Shown one piece after another: positions 32,124 through 40,947 of a stretch of 64,000 bases of DNA. Position numbers and translations under genes: made by a program. How positions within the stretch are numbered: position 1 is the first letter of the stretch; every line of letters begins with the position of its first letter. This stretch comes from a virus: positions 1 to 64,000 of the IMG/VR virus record IMGVR_UViG_3300044643_002008; one strand, 5' to 3'. The notes beneath the pieces are model-generated. The model did not search any database, had not been told where the DNA came from, and worked only from the letters and a program-made list of their open reading frames with translations.

Positions 32124-34169
32124 TTAATATGAGTAGCTGCCTCGAGTGTCTGTTTTTGTCCATGTTTTTTTCTTCATCTTTATTATCATTCTTACGCGTA
32201 TTCTCTGGTCAGGGTTGGTTGACCATGTTCCAATTGAGCCATCGCCTCTAACTCGTATTCTTCCGCCTCCGCCGTTGTCGTAGCCTAAAGTAAATCCTGC
32301 GGACTCTTCTCTTACCACATCTTTACCGGCCTGATTAAATGGGGCTTGAAGGGCATTGTATGTATCTGCCTGCCCTGATGAAGGAAAACTTGTTGCGGCT
32401 CCAGACCAATCAACGCGGAAATATCTTGAATCTGTACATAGGGTAAGACTGGCAATAACAACGTAGGCTGTCACCACAACGTCGGTGACCTTATATGTTT
32501 CTTCTCCTTCGACCATTGGGGAGATAGTTAGATTTCGCGTTCTATATCCAGGCACAGAAAATACAGAGGAAACTTGCGTAAAGGTGTTTCCAGTTACCGT
32601 GAATTCTCCGGTTTGTTTGTCGTCAACGTTTGTTTCTGCACCCCAGTCGTAAGACAAAGAACCTGTCTGAACAGTAACCGTTGCTGTCGTAGACCTGGTT
32701 GTTGAACTACTGTTGGCTGTGCTGTTTGTTCCGCCATATATGTCAGTTGATTTTGCATATATGTAATAGTTTGTGCTTGATGCAAGGCTTCCAAACGTTC
32801 CGGTCAAAGCAGTTGTTCCCCATCCAGTGCCTTTTAATACCTCGGTAGTCCCTACTTGCGCTCCGTCCGAAGAACGAATGCAGTAAATATTTACTTTTTC
32901 GACTTCATCCGTCAGATAGCTAGAAGGAGAAGCAAAAGAGTAAGACAAAGACCTGACGACAGTAGTGTTTACACCAGGGTCGGCAGGGGTATTTGCTGTA
33001 ACAGTCGGGGCAGCCAATACTGGTGGCGTCCTATCGCCACCTGTGGTTATCTCTTGCCTTAACGAGTATTCGCTATACAAAGACGCGGTATTAAGTGTTC
33101 TGGCTCGAACGTAGTACTTCGTACCTGGATTTCGGCCCACATCAAAAGAACCGTTTGCCGTAAATGCAGATTGTGTATCTGTTACGTCAATAGCCTGTTC
33201 GCCAACATATACATCGTTTTCATTGTATAAATACCCATAAACATGAGTTATCGTCGTAAGTCCAGCGGGAACGCTAACCGTGTAGTTGATTCTTCTGTTG
33301 TGAAGAGTTAGGTCTGTTGAGCTAACAGCGGAAACAGATGGGGTCACCGGAGTTCTGCTAACAGTAAAAGTTGAAGAAGTCGCCGTAGTAGCCGGTCCAG
33401 TGTTACCGATAGCGTCTACGACTGAATCTTGGGGTATAGACAAAGTCAATGTTCCGTTGGTTGTTGAGCCCAAAGACGTTTCTGTCAAAACTATCGTGTA
33501 AAGACTTCCGGAACCGGAAAAAGAGCTTATTTGCCATCCTGTGGATGTTCCGCCAATAGTAAATTCTGATTGAATCAGGCCTGTTATTGACTCCGAAAAC
33601 CTCAGAGAAAAAGTAACAGTACGAGAAGCGCTTGCCGACGCGGAAGCAAACTCAGATACAGCAGGCCGAGTTACGTCTATGGAAAAAGACTCAGAAGCAG
33701 TAACCGAGCCAGCCCATGCATTGATTTCAGATTCATCAGTTATTCCGGATGGGTCAACCGAAAGAGTGACCGTTCCTGACGTTTGTGTTCCAGACTTACT
33801 TATCTCCACTACATACGAAGTATCGTCAGATGTTGTTATTGATTCTATTTCCCAAGCGTTTCCAGGATTTGATGAAATCGTAATCATGTCATCGTCCCAC
33901 CCGGTTACAGGCTCACTAAACTCAAGAATGTAAGACGCGGTTGTTTTTGATGAGCCATATGTCTGGCCAGAAACGGTGTCAGTAAGCGCAAACCGCAAAA
34001 TCGTAGGAGCTATTGTGTCGTATGCATAGACGCGCTTCCATGCCCCACCTTGATACAGGTAGGCTTGGTTTACCCTTTTCCAGGCGCTGCTTTTATATAC
34101 AAAAGCCTGCTCTATTACTTTCCAGCTAGAGCCAATTCGTAAATAGGAAGGTTGCTCAGGGTAGGCCAT
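32124..34169 (-). CDS. Tail protein with Ig-like/FN3-like repeats
   Basis: FSEPVTG / FSESITG repeated Ig-like units; TKYYVRA and TNYYIYA FN3-like motifs. Confidence 0.75.
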   Translation of the reverse strand: MAYPEQPSYLRIGSSWKVIEQAFVYKSSAWKRVNQAYLYQGGAWKRVYAYDTIAPTILRFALTDTVSGQTYGSSKTTASYILEFSEPVTGWDDDMITISSNPGNAWEIESITTSDDTSYVVEISKSGTQTSGTVTLSVDPSGITDESEINAWAGSVTASESFSIDVTRPAVSEFASASASASRTVTFSLRFSESITGLIQSEFTIGGTSTGWQISSFSGSGSLYTIVLTETSLGSTTNGTLTLSIPQDSVVDAIGNTGPATTATSSTFTVSRTPVTPSVSAVSSTDLTLHNRRINYTVSVPAGLTTITHVYGYLYNENDVYVGEQAIDVTDTQSAFTANGSFDVGRNPGTKYYVRARTLNTASLYSEYSLRQEITTGGDRTPPVLAAPTVTANTPADPGVNTTVVRSLSYSFASPSSYLTDEVEKVNIYCIRSSDGAQVGTTEVLKGTGWGTTALTGTFGSLASSTNYYIYAKSTDIYGGTNSTANSSSTTRSTTATVTVQTGSLSYDWGAETNVDDKQTGEFTVTGNTFTQVSSVFSVPGYRTRNLTISPMVEGEETYKVTDVVVTAYVVIASLTLCTDSRYFRVDWSGAATSFPSSGQADTYNALQAPFNQAGKDVVREESAGFTLGYDNGGGGRIRVRGDGSIGTWSTNPDQRIRVRMIIKMKKKTWTKTDTRGSYSY

Positions 34170-34176
34170 TTTGCGC

Positions 34177-34599
34177 CTACGCTAAATACCGAAGGTAAAT
34201 GTCGCCTTCGTTGGCTGTTCCGCTTGGCGCTGCTGTTCCATACGTTATTGCGCCACCGCCGGTTCCTGTTCCGTTGTAGTAAACGCCTGGCCCACCTGTT
34301 ACTGCGGTATCAACTCTTGTCTTGGCTATTTCGTTAATTTTTACCCAGCTGCCTGCAGTGAATACTCCACCAGAAGTGACCGAGCCGTCATAGAACCACA
34401 GAACGTCAGTTGCCGTATTGAAGAAAAAAGCTCCAACGTATTCAACAGCTCCAGTCGGAGGGTTGCCAGTTCCAACAAGAAATTTTGCAGCCGTGGCGTC
34501 TAGCCTTGCGTGGGTACTGTCAAACTGGAGTCGCGTAAGTTCGTCATCGTCTGTGCTCCATCTTGTAAGCAAAAATCTCGGTGTTTCTGTTATAGCCAT
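34177..34599 (-). CDS. Tail-associated protein
   Basis: YGTAAPSGTANEGDIYLRY motif. Confidence 0.65.
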   Translation of the reverse strand: MAITETPRFLLTRWSTDDDELTRLQFDSTHARLDATAAKFLVGTGNPPTGAVEYVGAFFFNTATDVLWFYDGSVTSGGVFTAGSWVKINEIAKTRVDTAVTGGPGVYYNGTGTGGGAITYGTAAPSGTANEGDIYLRYLA

Positions 34600-34600
34600 T

Positions 34601-36016
34601 TTATAAGTCCGCCAAAATTACGTGTTTAACCTCTATGCCTATTGGCTTAGATATTTCTATGGCGGCCCTGACTGATTCGCTCGTCCCTCCGACGCCCGTA
34701 GCATCAAGGGTATCGCCAAGATAAGTATACAATGTGACCGAGAATCGGTTAGCACCAGTTGGATTTTTGTCAATCCAGGCGACTTTGTTGTGTTCTAAGA
34801 AAAATTTAACTGTTTCAACTATGGCTTGTTCTGTCCCTGCACGAAACCCCACGAAGCCTGTAGTAAGCGTAAACCTCAGGTATGCAATTAACTGTGAAAA
34901 GCTAGGAGAGTACGTGTGCAGTTCTTCCCAGCTAACTATGATGTCGTCGTCCAGGGGGTCTTCAACAAGCTCTTCAATGGCAGTCCAAGTTGACGGAACA
35001 CCAGACCAGGCCGTAGAAGTAGGTCTTACCAGTTCCTTTTTTGAGCTAACGAATTGAGACAACCACATCAGATTATTAAGTGGGGCAACAGTAGGGTCGG
35101 TAAGAATGCTTTTTTGTGTGTCATCGTCGTCTGAGTATCCACCGGCAATATCTATGTATGACCATTTTTCAGCGAACTTGTCGACCAGGTCTGAGCCGTG
35201 AGTCAGAACGTCAACGAGTCTTGCAAGGGGCCTATTGAGGGTTGCGTCAAGAGAGTCATTTTCTGTAATGACATCAGGAAGCGAACGATACGTCAGTTCT
35301 ACGCCAGGAATATTGTTTCTATATCCAAATCTTGGAGTTAAAGAGGGATATGTAATATATGTGGAAGCATTTTCTGGAGATATTCCGTCAGTTTTATATA
35401 TGACTTCTATAAATACACCAATTTTTCTTGACAAAGTAACTTCAGGAAGTCTGTGCCATTCAGTCCTAACGACTTTCCATTTATTCTCTGTAAGAAAACC
35501 TTTTCCATCAATTTCATAAGGACTCTTATCAAAACTAAAGCTTGAAAATGTTCCTTGTATTTCGTGGTTGTCTACAAATGTTTTAAGGTCTATTTCTTCC
35601 GGAAGATGGTCCCAGCTGCCAAAATCTCCATTATGAGGAAAATCTGTAGTCCAGTTTGAATACCAGGATTCATTTGCTCCGGTCGTGTTGTGGTACTCGT
35701 CAGAAGCGGTGTTATATATAAAAACATTTACAGTTGCCGCATCGTTTATTTGCGCAAAAAATGTAAAACCTACTTGGTTGCCATCAAGAGTAGAATCATA
35801 GGAAATGGAGTTTGTCCCCATCCAAACCCTAGGCTCATAGCTTGAAGAGTAAGCGTATGACGGCCTAAGTCTTACAGTTCTGGGACCCCTTGTAAACAGG
35901 GTCAAATCAGAATCACCAAGGTCATGGGGTTCCGTGTCAGGGTTATCCCAGCCAATAAGATTGTCGCCATTAACTCTTAAGTTTTTTGAGCTAAGCGGAA
36001 GTAAATCAGGAACCAT
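34601..36016 (-). CDS. Baseplate wedge protein (P2 gpI-like C-terminus)
   Basis: LMWLSQFV, GT..AI, KPIG motifs; follows baseplate J. Confidence 0.65.
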   Translation of the reverse strand: MVPDLLPLSSKNLRVNGDNLIGWDNPDTEPHDLGDSDLTLFTRGPRTVRLRPSYAYSSSYEPRVWMGTNSISYDSTLDGNQVGFTFFAQINDAATVNVFIYNTASDEYHNTTGANESWYSNWTTDFPHNGDFGSWDHLPEEIDLKTFVDNHEIQGTFSSFSFDKSPYEIDGKGFLTENKWKVVRTEWHRLPEVTLSRKIGVFIEVIYKTDGISPENASTYITYPSLTPRFGYRNNIPGVELTYRSLPDVITENDSLDATLNRPLARLVDVLTHGSDLVDKFAEKWSYIDIAGGYSDDDDTQKSILTDPTVAPLNNLMWLSQFVSSKKELVRPTSTAWSGVPSTWTAIEELVEDPLDDDIIVSWEELHTYSPSFSQLIAYLRFTLTTGFVGFRAGTEQAIVETVKFFLEHNKVAWIDKNPTGANRFSVTLYTYLGDTLDATGVGGTSESVRAAIEISKPIGIEVKHVILADL

Positions 36017-37610
36017 AAACTGTAACCACTGATTTTACTTTAGGCATCGTTCCGGCATACGTGAACTGTATGAACTGAGGGTTTGACGGCGTTCCGGTGT
36101 CAAGAGTGGCCATACGCTGATTGTTTACATAAGAGCTTCCAGTCGTTGTACTCATATCGCCAGTTCCGTATGTTGGCAAATACATGACGCAGGAAACAAC
36201 TCTCTTAACTCCTGCAATTTCAGAAGCTTTGACTATAAATTCATTTCTGTAAACATATTCTGTCCATGATTCATAAAATTCAGGACTAAAATATGAATCT
36301 AAATAGTCTTGTACTTCGGCCGCAACGCTTGAGCCAACAGAGCCGTTCAATACTTCAATTTCAACTTCTACATAAATATCTACAGGCATTGCTGTATGAA
36401 TGAATGCATCTATGCCAACTGGTGTTCTTTCAGAGATATCTTCATATATTGAGTTTTTTTCCGCAAATGAAACTGGCATTCCGTCTACGCCCCATAAAAA
36501 AATTACGTACATTCCTCTTGCGTCTGGCGTTCTTAATGCCGGAGAAGTGGCAAGCGTTGAAAACTGAAGTCCACTAACGAGCTGAACCATTGATGGTCCA
36601 AAAGCTGCAGTAGTTTCAGTTACTGCAGGTATTCCATTAATTGTTACAACCTGCGTAGATAGGTTTATAGAGATTGTTTGTCCTCCGGCTGTTGAAACTA
36701 ATCCTGAGGGGCAAAGCTCTTTTGTTACTGACGCATCTCCCATCATCTCTTGAGTGGTTAGCCAGAGTGATTGTCCGCTTAACGTGAGTCCAAGACCGGT
36801 GTTAAAATCAAACATTTGACCATCTTCATCCGAGCAGTCAATCACAACGTTTATGTTTGTTCCGCTTACCGTTGCCTGAGTTGTAGTCGTTGACACAGGG
36901 GAAGTAGATGAGCCATAAGAAAGGTCGTAAACCTTGCATCTAGAAACTGACGGGTACGCGGTCAAAATATAGGACTCAATTTGTGTTGCTGTGCAGAGCG
37001 AGTTAGATAAAGAGTCAAGGTATGTTACACCGCGCCTTATGAATTCTTCATCTGTTTCTGGCGAGTTTACTGCCAGAGGACCCGATGATGTTGTGCACGA
37101 AATTAGCTCAGAAGACGGCTGTGTGATTGTAAGTTGCGTTCCTACTGGTATTGCTGGAAGTGGCCCTAAAACTATTGATTCAAGTGTTACAGGTACAGAG
37201 TATGAACCGGGAGCTGCTGATACAGTTTCACGCACGAAAAAAGCATACTGAACCGTGTTACCGTCTTGTTCTGTTAAGTATGCAACCGTTGTCCCTTGTT
37301 CGACAGTTCCACCTGACGAAAGAACAATGAAGTTTGCATTAAGGCCTGATACGCCAGCTTCTCTTCTTTCAAGACCTAAAAGTCTTAAAACACCCTCTAT
37401 TGTTCCGTTTGGAATTCTGTTTGCTGCTGCTATGTAAAGGGAGTTCATTAAAGCAAAAGCCTGCATTAAGGCGTCTTCGACCGAGCCTGGTCGCGGTTCA
37501 AACTCCGGAAGGGCTGTCCGTGCATAGTCTACTGCCGCTGCATATAATTCTGGAGGCTGAAGGTCGTTAACTGTCAGGTTTATGTATTCTGAAAAATCTG
37601 GTGATGCCAT
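36006..37610 (-). CDS. Baseplate J-like wedge protein
   Basis: PGSVEDAL, LLGLER, PETDEEFIRR, IAGVKRV. Confidence 0.85.
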   Translation of the reverse strand: MASPDFSEYINLTVNDLQPPELYAAAVDYARTALPEFEPRPGSVEDALMQAFALMNSLYIAAANRIPNGTIEGVLRLLGLERREAGVSGLNANFIVLSSGGTVEQGTTVAYLTEQDGNTVQYAFFVRETVSAAPGSYSVPVTLESIVLGPLPAIPVGTQLTITQPSSELISCTTSSGPLAVNSPETDEEFIRRGVTYLDSLSNSLCTATQIESYILTAYPSVSRCKVYDLSYGSSTSPVSTTTTQATVSGTNINVVIDCSDEDGQMFDFNTGLGLTLSGQSLWLTTQEMMGDASVTKELCPSGLVSTAGGQTISINLSTQVVTINGIPAVTETTAAFGPSMVQLVSGLQFSTLATSPALRTPDARGMYVIFLWGVDGMPVSFAEKNSIYEDISERTPVGIDAFIHTAMPVDIYVEVEIEVLNGSVGSSVAAEVQDYLDSYFSPEFYESWTEYVYRNEFIVKASEIAGVKRVVSCVMYLPTYGTGDMSTTTGSSYVNNQRMATLDTGTPSNPQFIQFTYAGTMPKVKSVVTVYGS

Positions 37611-37616
37611 GGCTTC

Positions 37617-37910
37617 CTAGTATGTATAAGACAATTCTATTGAAAAGTCTTCGGTTTCTGGGCTTGAAAAAATATTTACGTCACTGACGAATATTTCTGG
37701 AAAATAAAAGCTCAAAGTTTGTTTTATTCCAAAAACTGTAGGTTTTTCAAAAGTCATATTTCTCATTCCAAAGTCAACAGCAAGAGCCATTTCTCCAGGA
37801 GAAATTTGAAAAGCAAGCGAAATTAATTGATTGTAATACGCGTCAGTTTCTTCGGCATGCGAAACAATATGACCGTCTTTAAAACGTACAGGAAATGCCA
37901 GAGTATCCAT
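37617..37910 (-). CDS. Baseplate gp25/W-like sheath initiator
   Basis: LAFP, PGEM..DFG; position before J. Confidence 0.7.
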   Translation of the reverse strand: MDTLAFPVRFKDGHIVSHAEETDAYYNQLISLAFQISPGEMALAVDFGMRNMTFEKPTVFGIKQTLSFYFPEIFVSDVNIFSSPETEDFSIELSYTY

Positions 37911-38230
37911 TACCCAAACACCTGACTTTCTACGATTGTACTAACAGAAGTATTAGGTAAAGTCTTTTTAGCCAAAACAACTATATGGTCATATCTTCCA
38001 TCTATGTATGAACACAAAACATTCTCTCCAACTACTGGGAATTGACAGTAAACGTCGCATGGCCCAAATTCAGAGACAGCGTTGAGCTTTGGTATTTTTA
38101 ATATTACCTGAGAGCCAACCACGCGAGTAACAGTGCCAACATACACTGATTCTGGATTGGACATCTTTGAAGAACCCTTTGTAGGGTTTGTGTACTCTGT
38201 TGTTCCCATTGAGGCGTTAAATATTGACAT
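37910..38230 (-). CDS. Baseplate spike OB-fold-like protein
   Basis: YVGTV..IPKL..P.VGENVLC.YIDG. Confidence 0.65.
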   Translation of the reverse strand: MSIFNASMGTTEYTNPTKGSSKMSNPESVYVGTVTRVVGSQVILKIPKLNAVSEFGPCDVYCQFPVVGENVLCSYIDGRYDHIVVLAKKTLPNTSVSTIVESQVFG

Positions 38231-38235
38231 AATAC

Positions 38236-39897
38236 CTACGGCGTATCTGTTTGTGTTGCTGGTTTTTCTGGTGTTCTAAACGAAATCTGTACCGGCTCAT
38301 TGGTGCCTTCAGAAAAGGACACTTCAGTTACTAAGTACCCTCCCTGGAACAAACTTGGCTTTGGACCAATAATAACAGTGTATCCAGGTCTGATTATGCA
38401 CCCATTTGGCTTAAAGACCTGTATTGAGCCGTCACCCTCGAGGGGGTCGTTTTCAGACTGCCTTACGGTCGGGTATTGGGCTACCTGAAATTTCTGCGCA
38501 TCATTGGGAAGGGTTTTACCAGGGTCAAAATACAAGCGAGAATATTTTTTTACCGGAAGGTTCTGAACATTCGATACATAGTATTTTTCTTGCTGAGCAC
38601 TCAAAGCAACTGAATAGGCATCAGCGTCTTTTGTGCTAGAAAATTTTCCTAAGTGTTGACCCGTTTTTTTATAGTGCCTTATTGCCTCACTATCGCTTAC
38701 GATTGCACCGCTGCCATTCTGTTGCTTAATTACTGTAGGTATTACGACTACCAACCTGCCTTCAGTGATACTGATTGAGCGAACTGTGCTTATTGAGCCA
38801 TCGTTGTTTTTAACAATAGGCCTGTTGCTCAAATCAATATTTCCTTTAACTACAAGACCTTTCGCTGATGCTAGCTGGGTAGTTTTCATAGCTTTTGAGT
38901 CTGTCCCAAATTTCCACATAAGCCATTTTTGTGAACCATAAACCATTGTTCCGTCCATGACATAGAGAACAAACTCGTCAGCATTTGCTGCAGACTGAAG
39001 AACAGACCAAACACTCTCGTCTTTATTATTTCCACTTCCCTTATTTATTGTCTGTGTTTTTCCGTTTTTTTGCGCAATAAAATTGAGGCCGTATTTTTTT
39101 GCAGCATTAAATGCGTACTCATATGCAGAGCTTCCAGACAAGTTTTCTGGTTTTTTGTCGCGTTTCATTTTCTGTACAGCAGCATTCCATGCCGTGACTG
39201 TGACCTGGGGAGAACCGGCAGGCCCTTGGCCAACCTCGACCACTCCAATTTCGTACATTTCACCTCTGTACATAATCTGGCGGCGATTCATAAAAAAGTT
39301 TTTTTCCATCATTTCGTAGTCTTTGTCTATGACGGTAAATTGAATTTGATTAGCTGCCTCTATTGAATAGCTAACTTCAAAAGATGTTATATATGGCCCG
39401 AATGCCCTTGTTTCGGAAGACCCAGCTCTTGCCTTGAGCGAGGCGTCAAAATAAGAGTCAACGTACGTTTTGTATTTTTTTGCGTTTTGCTCATTGTTAA
39501 ATTTTCCAAGATGCTTAGAATCGCGTTTATATTTTTTTACAGCGTCTTCCTGAGAAATTTTTTTAGCTACTTTTTTGTCTGTCGTAATTACAGAAGGAAG
39601 CACGACCCATAGATTTTGGTCTTTAACTATGTAGCACGAAGCTGAAGTCAACCCCTTATTGTAATTGTAAGAAATCGCAAGAGAACTAAGTACTTCTGTT
39701 GAGTCGACAGTTGGTTTTACGTTTCCAGAATTAAAAACATCCGGTAATGCGTATAGTCGTATTATTGAGCCAAAACCATACTGGTTAAAAGCTTCGTTTT
39801 TTCTTAAAGTTTCCGTATCGTAAATACTCGAATCCCCTTGAGCAAAAGAAAGCTCAAAGTCAAGAAAAAAATCATCAATAGAAACAGAATACGCCAT
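38236..39897 (-). CDS. Baseplate hub (gpD/gp27-like) with an inserted domain
   Basis: ESVWSVLQSAA, IRPG, G.YLVTEV; insert GNIDLSNRP...HLGKF. Confidence 0.65.
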   Translation of the reverse strand: MAYSVSIDDFFLDFELSFAQGDSSIYDTETLRKNEAFNQYGFGSIIRLYALPDVFNSGNVKPTVDSTEVLSSLAISYNYNKGLTSASCYIVKDQNLWVVLPSVITTDKKVAKKISQEDAVKKYKRDSKHLGKFNNEQNAKKYKTYVDSYFDASLKARAGSSETRAFGPYITSFEVSYSIEAANQIQFTVIDKDYEMMEKNFFMNRRQIMYRGEMYEIGVVEVGQGPAGSPQVTVTAWNAAVQKMKRDKKPENLSGSSAYEYAFNAAKKYGLNFIAQKNGKTQTINKGSGNNKDESVWSVLQSAANADEFVLYVMDGTMVYGSQKWLMWKFGTDSKAMKTTQLASAKGLVVKGNIDLSNRPIVKNNDGSISTVRSISITEGRLVVVIPTVIKQQNGSGAIVSDSEAIRHYKKTGQHLGKFSSTKDADAYSVALSAQQEKYYVSNVQNLPVKKYSRLYFDPGKTLPNDAQKFQVAQYPTVRQSENDPLEGDGSIQVFKPNGCIIRPGYTVIIGPKPSLFQGGYLVTEVSFSEGTNEPVQISFRTPEKPATQTDTP

Positions 39898-39900
39898 TTT

Positions 39901-40947
39901 TTAATCAACAACCTCAAAATCGGCTTCCCTGCCAGGATATCGATTTAACAGGGCCCTCTCTCTGGCATCTGTATTGTTTATAGACCTCTCATATCTGGCT
40001 TTAGCATCGGTCATGGTTGGAGTGATTTTACTAGCTCCTTGAAGTTTTATTGTGCCCTCGTTGCCATATAAAGTTTTGTACGGAAAAGTGCTTGTTCTCG
40101 AGTAGAGAACCCATTGATTTTTGCCTTTTACTTTAATCCAAGAATTTTTATAAACTTCCGTGCTGCTGGGCTCTGTAGTCCTAAGCCATCTATACGCAGT
40201 GATTGTTTGCGCTTCGAAGGCTGCCGCCCTTTCTCGTGCTTCACGCTCAGATTTTTCAGCAGGGGTCTCCGAGCTTCCGTCAGCTCCCCCGGTTCCAGTT
40301 CCGCTTCCGCCTCCCCTGTTTCTGCTAGACGTAGGTGTGTAGTTAAGTTTTGGAAACTTTGCAAATTTATTTTCTGTTGGCTGATACTCAAGAAGACCCA
40401 TAGAACACTGAGCAGCAACTATTTTTCCGTTTGTATTTACTCTGCTTGTTTTTACAGCGAACTCAGCTATGTACCAAAATCCATTTGTTAAAAACGTGTC
40501 AAAGTTTTCAAAATAAACAGGCTCTCCGGTGTTTGCAAACCACTCAAGAGTTACGAGCTGTTGTTCGACGTTTGTACTTAAACCATCAAACTGCTCTGCA
40601 ACAAGAAATTCAAATACCGCTTTGTAATTTTTGCTGCCTCTTATATCGATGAGCGGTGCAAGCAAAGGGCGAGGTATTTCTTGAATATCAAGACCCATGC
40701 CTTCATATGCTATTTGTGTTGGCGGAAATGTAAATTCATAAAAATTAGCAGTGTTTACTTTTTGAATCATTTTTCTTGTTGCAGCTGTTTGTCCTACAGA
40801 AATGTTTGCAGTTACATAATCATAAGGACTTGGGTTTGCTAAAGTCGGAACTCTTGTTCTAATAATTACTCTTGAGGTGCTAGGGGTTGTTTTCCTAGTG
40901 ATACTCGTTATTGATTCCGGTGTATATCTTCCGTTTACTAGTGCCAT
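39901..40947 (-). CDS. Tail tube initiator-like baseplate protein
   Basis: Follows the tape measure gene; FPPTQI...EIPRP..PL. Confidence 0.55.
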   Translation of the reverse strand: MALVNGRYTPESITSITRKTTPSTSRVIIRTRVPTLANPSPYDYVTANISVGQTAATRKMIQKVNTANFYEFTFPPTQIAYEGMGLDIQEIPRPLLAPLIDIRGSKNYKAVFEFLVAEQFDGLSTNVEQQLVTLEWFANTGEPVYFENFDTFLTNGFWYIAEFAVKTSRVNTNGKIVAAQCSMGLLEYQPTENKFAKFPKLNYTPTSSRNRGGGSGTGTGGADGSSETPAEKSEREARERAAAFEAQTITAYRWLRTTEPSSTEVYKNSWIKVKGKNQWVLYSRTSTFPYKTLYGNEGTIKLQGASKITPTMTDAKARYERSINNTDARERALLNRYPGREADFEVVD

